Below are positions 1 to 8,292 of a stretch of DNA of 26,430 bases, in pieces (the first letter of the stretch is position 1; every line of letters starts with the position of its first letter). The notes below the pieces were generated by a model. That model saw only the letters and a program-made list of their open reading frames with translations. It ran no database searches and was not told the origin of the DNA. Made by a program: the position numbers and the translations under genes. The DNA is from a virus (taxonomy: Duplodnaviria; Caudoviricetes). Location: positions 1 through 26,430 of the IMG/VR virus record IMGVR_UViG_3300020181_000029; one strand, written 5' to 3'.

Positions 1-1
1 T

Positions 2-643
2 TCTGATCTTAGAGATAATACAGATATTCGTGTAGAAGCTGGTTCTGCTCTGCCTACTTCTAAGTCTGCTAAGCAGGCTCTGCTTATGGACCTTATGGGA
101 CAGGGATTTATTCCACCTGAAAAGGGCCTAGAGCTTATGGAGGTTGGGGGAGTACAGCGTCTTTACGAAGAAATTCAAATCGATAGTGCTCAGGCTACTC
201 GTGAAAATATGAAAATGAGCGCTGTTACTGATCAAATGATGGAACAATACTTGATGACCTTTATAGGGGAACCTGACCCTATGACTGGTCAACCTTCGCT
301 AGTTGATCCTAATACTGGACAACCACTGGTTGATCTTATGACGGGTCAGCCTATGCCGCCTCCACTTATTGTACCTGTTAACTCTTACGATAATCACCAG
401 ATCCATATTCAGGTTCATAATAATTTCCGTAAGACTCAGGAGTTTGAGAATTTTGAGCCACGTATTAAGGCTCTATTTGAAGAGCACGTTAACCAGCATA
501 TGATGGCACTTAGTATGATGCCTGGTGCGCCTTCTCCTGAGAATATGCCTCCAGAAGGTGAAGAGGCAGCAGAATATTCAGAAGAGAACCCTGAGCAGCA
601 AATGCAAATGCCTCCTGGAATGGAACAAGGGCCGGTGATGTAA
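2..643 (+). CDS. Portal protein, C-terminal part (5'-truncated by window)
   Basis: The frame is open from base 2 (SDLRDNTDIRVEAGSALPTSKSAKQALLMD...). The 'DIRVEAGSALP' segment and a Q/P/M-rich acidic tail resemble P22-like podoviral portals. Lies upstream of scaffold and capsid. Confidence 0.75.
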   Translation, partial: SDLRDNTDIRVEAGSALPTSKSAKQALLMDLMGQGFIPPEKGLELMEVGGVQRLYEEIQIDSAQATRENMKMSAVTDQMMEQYLMTFIGEPDPMTGQPSLVDPNTGQPLVDLMTGQPMPPPLIVPVNSYDNHQIHIQVHNNFRKTQEFENFEPRIKALFEEHVNQHMMALSMMPGAPSPENMPPEGEEAAEYSEENPEQQMQMPPGMEQGPVM

Positions 644-645
644 TT

Positions 646-939
646 ATGGCTGATCAGCAGCTTGGTACTATTGATGTAAATTTTACTGATAGTCGTAAGG
701 CTACTAGTACACATTACTCGGGTTCCAGTGCCGATGAGGGTGCTCTTATTAACTATGGAGAGACTCAGAATATTTTGACTCTTCGAACTGCTCTTAGTGC
801 TTTTGATGCATTTACTTATACAGAAGAAGTCCTTAATGGTATGACCGTTAATGATATAGTATTTGCATGGCGTGCATGCCGAGGTAATGAGGCGTCTATT
901 TCAGATTACCATCCGGCACAGGTAGCTAGGACCGCGTAA
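646..939 (+). CDS. Hypothetical protein (97 aa)
   Basis: Tightly packed after the portal stop; codon usage matches neighbours; TAATG overlap with the next ORF. Confidence 0.7.
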   Translation: MADQQLGTIDVNFTDSRKATSTHYSGSSADEGALINYGETQNILTLRTALSAFDAFTYTEEVLNGMTVNDIVFAWRACRGNEASISDYHPAQVARTA

Positions 940-1109
940 TGGCTACACCTATTAATCCAGATCAACAAATGGTCGACAATGCGACTAGCGCGATCGCATC
1001 CAAGAATGCTAACCTTGGTGGAAGACGGCGGCCAACTAGTACTAAGCAGTCTGATAATGGCCGCATGGGTGCTATTGATCGTCGCCTGGCAAATATGAAG
1101 AGGACTTAA
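939..1109 (+). CDS. Small basic protein (56 aa, not in ORF track): MATPINPDQQMVDNATSAIASKNANLGGRRRPTSTKQSDNGRMGAIDRRLANMKRT
   Basis: Translated by hand; fills the gap exactly with TAATG overlaps at both ends; carries RMGAIDRRL. Confidence 0.75.
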   Translation: MATPINPDQQMVDNATSAIASKNANLGGRRRPTSTKQSDNGRMGAIDRRLANMKRT

Positions 1110-1339
1110 TGGCTTATAATAACCTTAAGAAGGAAATTCCAGATTTTAAGAAGTCTGCTATTCAGCGACGTCTAGAGGGTCACAAGAATAACAAGCGTAG
1201 CAATCCGGGAACTATTTCCGGAGCTAGGCGTCCTGGAACTCCTATTAAGGAACGGGAAGGCGAGGGTGTAGCTAATAACCCTCGTAAGGAAGGTCCTGCA
1301 AGACCTACTACACTTCCTGCTAAGGAGAGGTCTAAGTAA
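1109..1339 (+). CDS. Small basic, probably disordered protein (76 aa)
   Basis: RBS GAGGA and TAATG overlap; K/R-rich; carries KKSAIQRRL. Confidence 0.75.
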   Translation: MAYNNLKKEIPDFKKSAIQRRLEGHKNNKRSNPGTISGARRPGTPIKEREGEGVANNPRKEGPARPTTLPAKERSK

Positions 1340-1342
1340 GTA

Positions 1343-1615
1343 ATGTCTCGTCATCCTTCTGTAGAAGCAGTTAATAGGTTCTTTGAAACTGGACACCTTC
1401 CTGAACCGCTTAAGGCGGTAATGGAAGAAACTGTTCGTTATAGGGATACTATTCTTTCCCTTATTGCGGAAGATGATCCTGAACTTACTGTAGGACTTCG
1501 TAAGCTTCTTGAAGCTAAAGATTGTTTCATTAGGGCTAAGGTTGCTGAAGTAAATAAGGCTAAGGGCAACTCTAATGAGGGCGCTCCACTTCCTCGACCT
1601 AATGAGATTGTTTAA
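1343..1615 (+). CDS. Conserved phage helical-hairpin protein (FF..HLP...ELTVGLRKLLEAKDCFIRA); possible Acb2/Tad1-like nucleotide sponge
   Basis: RBS AGGAGAGG upstream; recognisable widespread phage motif. The relation to Acb2/Tad1 hairpins is my inference. Confidence 0.55.
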   Translation: MSRHPSVEAVNRFFETGHLPEPLKAVMEETVRYRDTILSLIAEDDPELTVGLRKLLEAKDCFIRAKVAEVNKAKGNSNEGAPLPRPNEIV

Positions 1616-1627
1616 CTAATTTATTAG

Positions 1628-1670
1628 TCTAGGGCCTCCAGCTTTCCCAGCATGTGAGGTACGGGCTAGA
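1628..1670 (+). promoter_or_regulatory. Bulged RNA hairpin immediately 5' of the scaffold RBS
   Basis: TCTAG/CTAGA, GCCTC/GAGGT, CA/TG and GCT/AGC nest around a TTCCC loop; ends at the AAGAGGGA RBS; no U-tract. Confidence 0.4.
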
Positions 1671-1684
1671 AAGAGGGAATAGTT

Positions 1685-2473
1685 ATGGGTACGCCAATCG
1701 AAGATGGACAGGTACAGGGTAACGAACCTACGGGTGAAGAAACTCCAGGGCCTAATCCTGCTTGGAATGACGTCCTTAGTGTATTGCCAGAACAATTCCA
1801 CCCGGTAGTTACTCCGCATTTTCAGAAGTGGGATCAGTCTGCACAGTCTCGTATTGAGCAGGCTAATAACTCTCTGAAGGAGTTTGAGGGATATAAGCCA
1901 TTTGTAGAGCATGGTATTAACGCTCAGGAAATTGAGCAGGGTCTCAGGCTTATGTATGAGATCAATAACAATCCTGAGAACGTATATAATGCTCTGGCTA
2001 ATGCCTATAAGTTTGGTGGTACTCCTCCTGTAGCCGAAAATGAGAGTGGTGAAGAGGAAGAGTCAGAACTTGGTATTGATCCCGAAATTGCTGAGAAGCT
2101 CTCTAATCATGAGGGTATGCTTAATGCTGTAGCTCAGATTGTTCTTAATGAGCAGCAGACTAAGCAGGCACAAGCTGCTGATGATGAACTCGATCAGGAA
2201 CTTAATGCCCTTAAGGAAAAGATCGGGGACTATGACGAGCGTTATGTTCTGGCTATGATGCAGAGCGGTATGAGTGCAGAAGAAGCCGGAGAGGCTTTTA
2301 CTTCACTTAAGACCTCGTTTAATCAGAGCAAGTCTTTTGCACCTAATGTGCTTGGTTCTAGTTCTGGTGGTAATGGAATTCCCTCTAACGCGATTGATCC
2401 TACGAAGCTCTCAGGTAGTGAGACTCGTAATCTCGTAGCTCAGATGTTGGAACAGGCAGCACGCCAAAAGTAA
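1685..2473 (+). CDS. Capsid scaffolding protein
   Basis: Acidic, helical/coiled-coil 262 aa protein directly upstream of the major capsid gene, with a low-complexity linker and C-terminal helix. Confidence 0.75.
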   Translation: MGTPIEDGQVQGNEPTGEETPGPNPAWNDVLSVLPEQFHPVVTPHFQKWDQSAQSRIEQANNSLKEFEGYKPFVEHGINAQEIEQGLRLMYEINNNPENVYNALANAYKFGGTPPVAENESGEEEESELGIDPEIAEKLSNHEGMLNAVAQIVLNEQQTKQAQAADDELDQELNALKEKIGDYDERYVLAMMQSGMSAEEAGEAFTSLKTSFNQSKSFAPNVLGSSSGGNGIPSNAIDPTKLSGSETRNLVAQMLEQAARQK

Positions 2474-2490
2474 ATTAAGCTCGGAGGTTT

Positions 2491-3687
2491 ATGGGAGCCA
2501 CGCTCACCACTGCAACTAACATTCTTAAGGAGATTTACGAGCCGCGTATTCGTGAGCAGCTCCAGAATCATCTTAAGACTTCTAAGCGTATTGAACAGAC
2601 TTCAGAAGGTGTTACTTCTGAAGTTGGCGGTAAGTATGTAGTTTTCCCAATCCACGTTAAGCGTAACCATGGTATTGGTGCGCGACTGGAAATGGAAGAA
2701 CTTCCTGTAGCCAAGAACCAGGGTTATGCACGTGCCCAGGTTGGACTTAGTTACCAGTATGGTTCTATTAGGCTTAGTGGCCAGTCTATGGAACTTGCAC
2801 AGTCTAACTTCCAGGCTTTCGCATCAGTTCTTGATCAGGAAGTTAACGGTGTTCAGAAGGACCTTGCTAAGGACTACAACCGACAGATTTATGGCACTTC
2901 TGTTGGTGCTCTTATGACTGTCAGTGGTGCTAACACAACTGTTACTGTGCCCACCACTAATACCCAGTATATGGAAGTCGGCATGGTTGTCGACATCTTT
3001 AATGCTGCTGGTGACACTCTTAAGACTGCTGCTGCGGGTGTTGAAGTTACGGCGGTAACTAAGAACACCTCTATTACTCTGGCTACTGCACCGAGTACTG
3101 CTACAGCAGCTAATGACATTGTAGTTCGTCATGGTTCTCTTAACCGTGAAATGATTGGTCTTGAGCAGATTGTAGATGACACTACTACACTGTTCAATAT
3201 TGACCCTGCTGTTGAGCCGGTATGGAAGTCGGTTATTAACGACAACTCCGGTACGAATCGTGCACTGTCTGAGTCTCTCATGATTAAGATGGTTGACGAT
3301 ATCTATACTGAGGGCGGTAATACTACGGCCATCTTCACCACTCTTGGTGTGCGTCGTAGTTACTTTAACCTTCTGGTTCAGCAGCGTCGTTACTGCGATA
3401 CTAAGGAATTTGAGGGCGGTTTTAAGGGTCTCGCCTTCACTACGGATAACGGCGAAATTCCACTGATCTCTGATGTGGATTGTCAGCCTAACCGTATGTA
3501 CTTCCTTAATGAAAAGGAATTTAAGCTCTACCGTGAGTCTGACTGGTCCTTTATGGATCGAGACGGTTCTAAGTGGCAGCGAGTTATTGGCTACGATGCC
3601 TATGATGCTACGCTCTATAAGTACTGCCAGCTCGGTACTCACCGTCGCAATACTCATGGACTTATTGACGACGTTACTGAGAGCTAA
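2491..3687 (+). CDS. Major capsid protein (HK97 fold)
   Basis: Strong GGAGG RBS; 398 aa; highly biased codons; 'LKEIYEP.I.EQL' N-terminus and typical C-terminus 'YCQLGTHRRNTHGLIDDV'; follows the scaffold and precedes a terminator. Confidence 0.88.
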   Translation: MGATLTTATNILKEIYEPRIREQLQNHLKTSKRIEQTSEGVTSEVGGKYVVFPIHVKRNHGIGARLEMEELPVAKNQGYARAQVGLSYQYGSIRLSGQSMELAQSNFQAFASVLDQEVNGVQKDLAKDYNRQIYGTSVGALMTVSGANTTVTVPTTNTQYMEVGMVVDIFNAAGDTLKTAAAGVEVTAVTKNTSITLATAPSTATAANDIVVRHGSLNREMIGLEQIVDDTTTLFNIDPAVEPVWKSVINDNSGTNRALSESLMIKMVDDIYTEGGNTTAIFTTLGVRRSYFNLLVQQRRYCDTKEFEGGFKGLAFTTDNGEIPLISDVDCQPNRMYFLNEKEFKLYRESDWSFMDRDGSKWQRVIGYDAYDATLYKYCQLGTHRRNTHGLIDDVTES

Positions 3688-3698
3688 ATTCTAAGGGG

Positions 3699-3735
3699 AG
3701 CGGCTACAGGAATAAACCCCCTGTAGCCGCTTTTT
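3699..3735 (+). terminator. Intrinsic terminator after the capsid gene
   Basis: AGCGGCTACAGG-aataaaccc-CCTGTAGCCGCT followed by a T-run; 12-bp perfect stem. Confidence 0.85.
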
Positions 3736-3751
3736 CCGTTATGGAGGAAAT

Positions 3752-4255
3752 ATGTCAGAGCCTGAATCTACAAATACCATGTTCCACGACGCTTTTGTTA
3801 AAGTTGGAGATGGTAATTACGCACTTCAGACTACAGCTGGTGGGGGAGGAGGCACTACTGATGTAAATATTACATCTAGTGATGTGCCTTTTTATGCTCC
3901 TGTAGCCGAGTCTGGTTTTGGCGTAGGTCAAGTTATTGCCCCTATTGCTGGGGCTACTATTGCAACTCATCAGCCTCCGGCTGGAGCTACAGGGAAGTTG
4001 CATAGAGTTGTAGTTAGTGCATGGCTTAGTGGTACTGGGACACCTGCTGCTGTAGATGGATTTAATATCGCCTTTAAGTATGGCGAAACTGTCATCTCTA
4101 ATTTGCCTATTGTTCCTGATCGGCATATTCCTATGGAAACAGTATTCTATTTTAATGCAGCTACAGGAGTAGCTTTCTCTATCATAGCTGTAGACGCAGG
4201 AACAGTAGATGTTGAATACAATGTTATGATTGTTGCTACACAGATTGAGCCCTAA
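3752..4255 (+). CDS. Putative minor structural or head-decoration protein (beta-rich)
   Basis: GGAGG RBS; G/A/T/V-rich with a poly-Gly linker; sits right after the capsid gene. Confidence 0.5.
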   Translation: MSEPESTNTMFHDAFVKVGDGNYALQTTAGGGGGTTDVNITSSDVPFYAPVAESGFGVGQVIAPIAGATIATHQPPAGATGKLHRVVVSAWLSGTGTPAAVDGFNIAFKYGETVISNLPIVPDRHIPMETVFYFNAATGVAFSIIAVDAGTVDVEYNVMIVATQIEP

Positions 4256-4704
4256 TGACTAAGCTATTTAATGGTAATTTCTACTTCCCTGTAGATGGGC
4301 ATTTCGTTAGTCAGAAGCAGGTTAGGATTAATGAAATACTCAATGACTATGACTCGACATTGCAATTGCAGTGGATTCCACCGTCTGATCGTTCATCTCG
4401 TGATTTGGCTTTTCGAGTTGTATGTTTCCCTCCAAATAAACCGGCCTACGCGGTTTGTTTTGCTGAAGAAGCTGACGAGCGTTTGCTTGCTAAAGTTTTT
4501 GAAGCTGATCAGGCCAATTCTTCAAACAAATTGAATTTCATTGATAACTATAATAAAGCTCTAGAGTTGTCTAGAGCTAAAGAAGCTCAAGAAGTTAGGC
4601 AGGAGGATCACGAGCTAGCAGCTTCAATTCTCCGTAGTACTAAGAGCAGCTACAGGCACGGAGGAATTGATTATGAACGTGCAGGACGTAGTCACTCGCG
4701 TTAA
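4255..4704 (+). CDS. Hypothetical virion-module protein (149 aa)
   Basis: TAATG overlap; lies between head and adaptor genes. Confidence 0.65.
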   Translation: MTKLFNGNFYFPVDGHFVSQKQVRINEILNDYDSTLQLQWIPPSDRSSRDLAFRVVCFPPNKPAYAVCFAEEADERLLAKVFEADQANSSNKLNFIDNYNKALELSRAKEAQEVRQEDHELAASILRSTKSSYRHGGIDYERAGRSHSR

Positions 4705-5356
4705 GAGAACATTTGGCGATGAAGCTGGCGTCCAAGTAACTGATGCAGATATTATCCGTTGGATTAACGACGCTCAAGAGAAGATTGTTCTTGAGAACGA
4801 AGGTCTAATGGAGCAGACTGCATCTACTGATGCAGTACAGAATCAGATGGAATATGATGTACCGTCTGATATGAGTGTACTACGTAGTATGAAATATAAT
4901 GGCTTTAGACTTAAGCCCATGTCTTTTGCTGAATTTAATGAGTATATTGATGGATACTCATCACCTAGTAATAGTTCTCCTTATGGTCCTGGTATTCCTG
5001 AAATATTTATGGTATGGAATAACAAGATTACAGTATTCCCTAAACCTAGTGAAAATATGACAGATGGCTTTACTATCTACTATATTCAGCATCCTGCCTC
5101 TGTAGGAAACCTTGCAGATGCTATTACTGTACCACTCCAGTACCATAATGCTGTAGTTAAGTTTTGTCTTAAGGAAGCCTATGAGCTAGATGAAGATTAT
5201 CAGAAGGCTCAGATAGTTAAAGCTGATTTTGAGAATGACGTTATGAAACTTAATGATCGTAATAAGTGGATTAGTCAGGAATACTATCCTCGTATTACTA
5301 CTTTGCCAGAGGATGAAAACTACGGTAACTACGGCTACTGGGGTGGTTACTACTAA
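4673..5356 (+). CDS. Head-tail adaptor / tail tubular protein A-like
   Basis: GGAGG RBS at 4660 favours the ATG at 4673; pattern 'D.DIIRWINDAQ..I' ... 'I.VFPKP' ... 'VPLQYH.AVV' is typical of podoviral adaptors. Confidence 0.7.
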   Translation: MNVQDVVTRVKRTFGDEAGVQVTDADIIRWINDAQEKIVLENEGLMEQTASTDAVQNQMEYDVPSDMSVLRSMKYNGFRLKPMSFAEFNEYIDGYSSPSNSSPYGPGIPEIFMVWNNKITVFPKPSENMTDGFTIYYIQHPASVGNLADAITVPLQYHNAVVKFCLKEAYELDEDYQKAQIVKADFENDVMKLNDRNKWISQEYYPRITTLPEDENYGNYGYWGGYY

Positions 5357-7062
5357 TGGCTAAATCTAGAGACACTATTCAAGAGTTGGCTATTGGTCCA
5401 TTTGCTGGAGGTATTAATACCTATTCTGATCCTGCAATGATTGCAGATGATGAGATGGTAGATTGTGTTAATTTTGATCTTAGCCTAGACGGTTCTCTTG
5501 TATCCCGCCCGCCATGGAATCTTCTTCATGCACAAGAGTTTAGTAGTACCGATACTAATCCTGATCATCCAGATTCTTATCAGCTAGTTATCCACTCAGG
5601 TACCTATGAGACTAATCGCTATGTGATTCTTACTAGTAACCATACAGGTACATCAGCCTCTTACATTTATTATGTAGATGGTATTAACTCTGGTCTTATT
5701 GCTAAGATTGGCGATGGTTACCATAGTAAGGCACACCGCTATGCTGATGATATCTATCTCGTGCCTGATATTAATAGTGCGGGTAGAGGACTTAAATATA
5801 ATCTAGGTGATGGTCTTACTACAGTTGTTGCAAGTATGCCTGTAGGTTACGCGTCTATTATCTACAAGGATCGTTTGTGGATTAGCGGGCGACGTGGTGT
5901 GACTCCTGGCAATACTAACTCTCGTCTCTTCTTCAGTGACCTTGCAGATTTTACAACATGGCCTGGGACTAACTTCTTTGATATTAACCCTGGTGATGGC
6001 GATGCAGTTAATGAACTAGTAGTATACCAAGACAACGTTATCATTTTTAAAGATAATGCTACTTATGTACTAGCTTATGACACTGGACCTGCCCAAGCTG
6101 TGCTACAGGTAATTAATACTGATGTCGGCGCGATGGGTCCACGATGCGTAGATGTTTATGAGAATTCAATTTTTGTACTTAAATATAACCAGCTATACGA
6201 GATGTCTAACTATGACTTCGTACGAGTTAGTGTAAAGCTTCCTTTTGAATACGACGATAGCGTTCCTTCTGTAGCCCCGCATGCTAATCCTGGTCAATAT
6301 TGGAAATATCCATTTTGGCTTAGGATCGTGGGGGATAGGGCTGTAGTCCGATTCTATAACCGACTTTATATTTACCATCTAAGACTCAGAGGATGGACTA
6401 GGTGGGATAGTGAAGACCAGAATATTAAGTATCTTGGTCCAATCATGCGTTTGGATAATACTAATACTACTCTTCTTCGAGGTTATGACACGTACATAGC
6501 TGGATCTACACTAGCTTCACCTACTGATAATCGTGGCCCAGGTACACCAGGTGATTGGAGTATGTATTTTAAGCTCTTTAAATTTGAGGATCGCTATGAG
6601 CTTAATAACACTGAGAATGGTAACATTACTCCAATATTTCCACCTGTAGATATTAAACTTTCTATGATGACTAAGCAATTTGATATCGGACTTAGTCATA
6701 GATTTAAGCGTTTGATGCACTGGGGACTTAACTGCTATACTGCAAGAGATGTAACAGGGACGCTATTCCCCTACTCTGTAGCCTATAGAGTAACTTGGGA
6801 TCAGCTAGCTATTTATCATTGGCACGATCTAAATACTTGGGATTATCCACTTACAGCAATACCAGAAACTACACAAGAAGTATCTGGAGATTCAGGTAAA
6901 CAAGTTAAGTTTATTAGATTCCCTAAGTCGCTACGATTTAGACTTCTACAATTTCGAATTAATATGGTTACTCAAGGAAATACAACTGATGGACCAGCTT
7001 ACATTTACTCTATTACAGCATTCGTCGGAGCTAAGCAGCTCATGCCAAAGGCGGTGAACTAA
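5356..7062 (+). CDS. Tail nozzle / tubular protein B-like (P22 gp10-like)
   Basis: 'F.GGIN...DP..I.D.E..DCVNFD....GSL.SRP' N-terminus and beta-propeller-like 'RLFFSD...WP...FFDI'; follows the adaptor. Confidence 0.75.
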   Translation: MAKSRDTIQELAIGPFAGGINTYSDPAMIADDEMVDCVNFDLSLDGSLVSRPPWNLLHAQEFSSTDTNPDHPDSYQLVIHSGTYETNRYVILTSNHTGTSASYIYYVDGINSGLIAKIGDGYHSKAHRYADDIYLVPDINSAGRGLKYNLGDGLTTVVASMPVGYASIIYKDRLWISGRRGVTPGNTNSRLFFSDLADFTTWPGTNFFDINPGDGDAVNELVVYQDNVIIFKDNATYVLAYDTGPAQAVLQVINTDVGAMGPRCVDVYENSIFVLKYNQLYEMSNYDFVRVSVKLPFEYDDSVPSVAPHANPGQYWKYPFWLRIVGDRAVVRFYNRLYIYHLRLRGWTRWDSEDQNIKYLGPIMRLDNTNTTLLRGYDTYIAGSTLASPTDNRGPGTPGDWSMYFKLFKFEDRYELNNTENGNITPIFPPVDIKLSMMTKQFDIGLSHRFKRLMHWGLNCYTARDVTGTLFPYSVAYRVTWDQLAIYHWHDLNTWDYPLTAIPETTQEVSGDSGKQVKFIRFPKSLRFRLLQFRINMVTQGNTTDGPAYIYSITAFVGAKQLMPKAVN

Positions 7063-7337
7063 TGGAAATAGCTAATCAATTTGGTGGTCAGAAAGTTCCT
7101 CCGCCAGCTCCAGGTAAGAAGTCATTTAACCCTTATGCGGCTGGCAATAAGCGATATGGCTCTGGTAGGCCTATGCCAAATCTTGGCCCTGTAGCCAGTC
7201 CACAAGGCTATGATGAGCGTGATAATCGCGCTGAAGCTAGAAAGAATGCAATTCTTCGTAGGATGCAAGGTTCACAAACTGGCAATCCTATGAACAGTAG
7301 TGTTATGGGCTATACGTCTAGGGGGGTGTTTAGCTAA
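7062..7337 (+). CDS. Small basic G/P/N-rich protein (91 aa), possibly an internal virion protein
   Basis: TAATG overlaps at both ends; carries RKNAILRRM. Confidence 0.7.
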   Translation: MEIANQFGGQKVPPPAPGKKSFNPYAAGNKRYGSGRPMPNLGPVASPQGYDERDNRAEARKNAILRRMQGSQTGNPMNSSVMGYTSRGVFS

Positions 7338-7858
7338 TGGCAGATTTGCAAGGGTCTGCTAGAGAAAAGGCCATTAAGGCTAAAGAGACGGCTATTCAGA
7401 AACGTCTCGATTCGGCTAACAGCAAGAGCAAGGAAGCGGCTGTTAAGGATGTTAAGGCTCAAGCTGCTAAGGCTAAGGGTACAGGTAAAACTTTCAACAA
7501 GAATTACAGTACTGAAGCTATTCTAGGGTCTAATAAGGGCTTTACTAAGTCTGATTTTGGTGTAAGTAATGGTGCAGCTATTCCTTACCAGATTGGAAAA
7601 GCTACAGGTAAGGCTTCAGCTACAGCGACTAAAAAGAAGAAGCCACAGTACAAGCCAAAGCCTCAAAAGAAGCATTCTACTTATACAGTAAAGCGTGGAG
7701 ATAATCTCTCAAGTATTGCCAGTAAATATGGCATGGACTGGAGAGACATTTGGAACTATAATCTTAAGAACAGGAATCCTAGCGCCGTAAGGACTTTGAA
7801 GAAGCGCGGCCCTAACCTTATTTATAAGGGTAGCACTTTCTATATCCCTAATAGGTAA
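7337..7858 (+). CDS. LysM-domain protein with Lys-rich N-terminus
   Basis: C-terminal YTVKRGDNLSSIASKYGMDWRDIWNYN...PNLIYKGSTFYIP is a clear LysM signature; N-terminus carries KETAIQKRL. Confidence 0.88.
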   Translation: MADLQGSAREKAIKAKETAIQKRLDSANSKSKEAAVKDVKAQAAKAKGTGKTFNKNYSTEAILGSNKGFTKSDFGVSNGAAIPYQIGKATGKASATATKKKKPQYKPKPQKKHSTYTVKRGDNLSSIASKYGMDWRDIWNYNLKNRNPSAVRTLKKRGPNLIYKGSTFYIPNR

Positions 7859-7869
7859 AGAGGAGGTTA

Positions 7870-8292
7870 GTGCCTAAGCAGTCAGCGTCTAATAAGTGGC
7901 TTGCTGGAGATACAACTTATCAGCAGCAGCTTTCTAATTATAAGAAGTCTAAGTCTGATTACGAATCTCAGTACAAGCGTCAGACTGGGATAATTAATCG
8001 AGACTATTCTGAGTCTCAGCGTTCTATGAATAGGCAGGGAGACTCTGATAGGACAGACCAGAAGAATGATTTTGCTGGTCGAGGTATTCTAAGATCCGGA
8101 GTTTTTGCTAAGGCTCTTGGAGATTACAATACAGAGTTTCAAGCAAAGCTAAAGAATCTTCTTACCGGTAAGAGTGATAAGCTCGGGGATCTTGGTATGC
8201 AGCGTACTAATTTCCTTCGACAACTTAAGCTTGAACAAGATGCAGCTAGACAGGATGCACTTAGGCGACGATCTGCTAAGTTGGGAATTTAA
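7870..8292 (+). CDS. Putative internal virion (ejection) protein, coiled-coil
   Basis: GTG start with AGGAGG RBS; 'FAGRGILRSG' motif and Q/K-rich helices; C-terminal RQDALRRRS. Confidence 0.6.
   Translation: MPKQSASNKWLAGDTTYQQQLSNYKKSKSDYESQYKRQTGIINRDYSESQRSMNRQGDSDRTDQKNDFAGRGILRSGVFAKALGDYNTEFQAKLKNLLTGKSDKLGDLGMQRTNFLRQLKLEQDAARQDALRRRSAKLGI

Noticed and set aside
2824-3657. 277-aa antisense ORF opposite the capsid gene, and similar antisense ORFs (9343-9852, 13146-13583, 22445-23011)
   Set aside because: Shadow frames caused by the codon bias of the real genes; no RBS or recognisable motifs.
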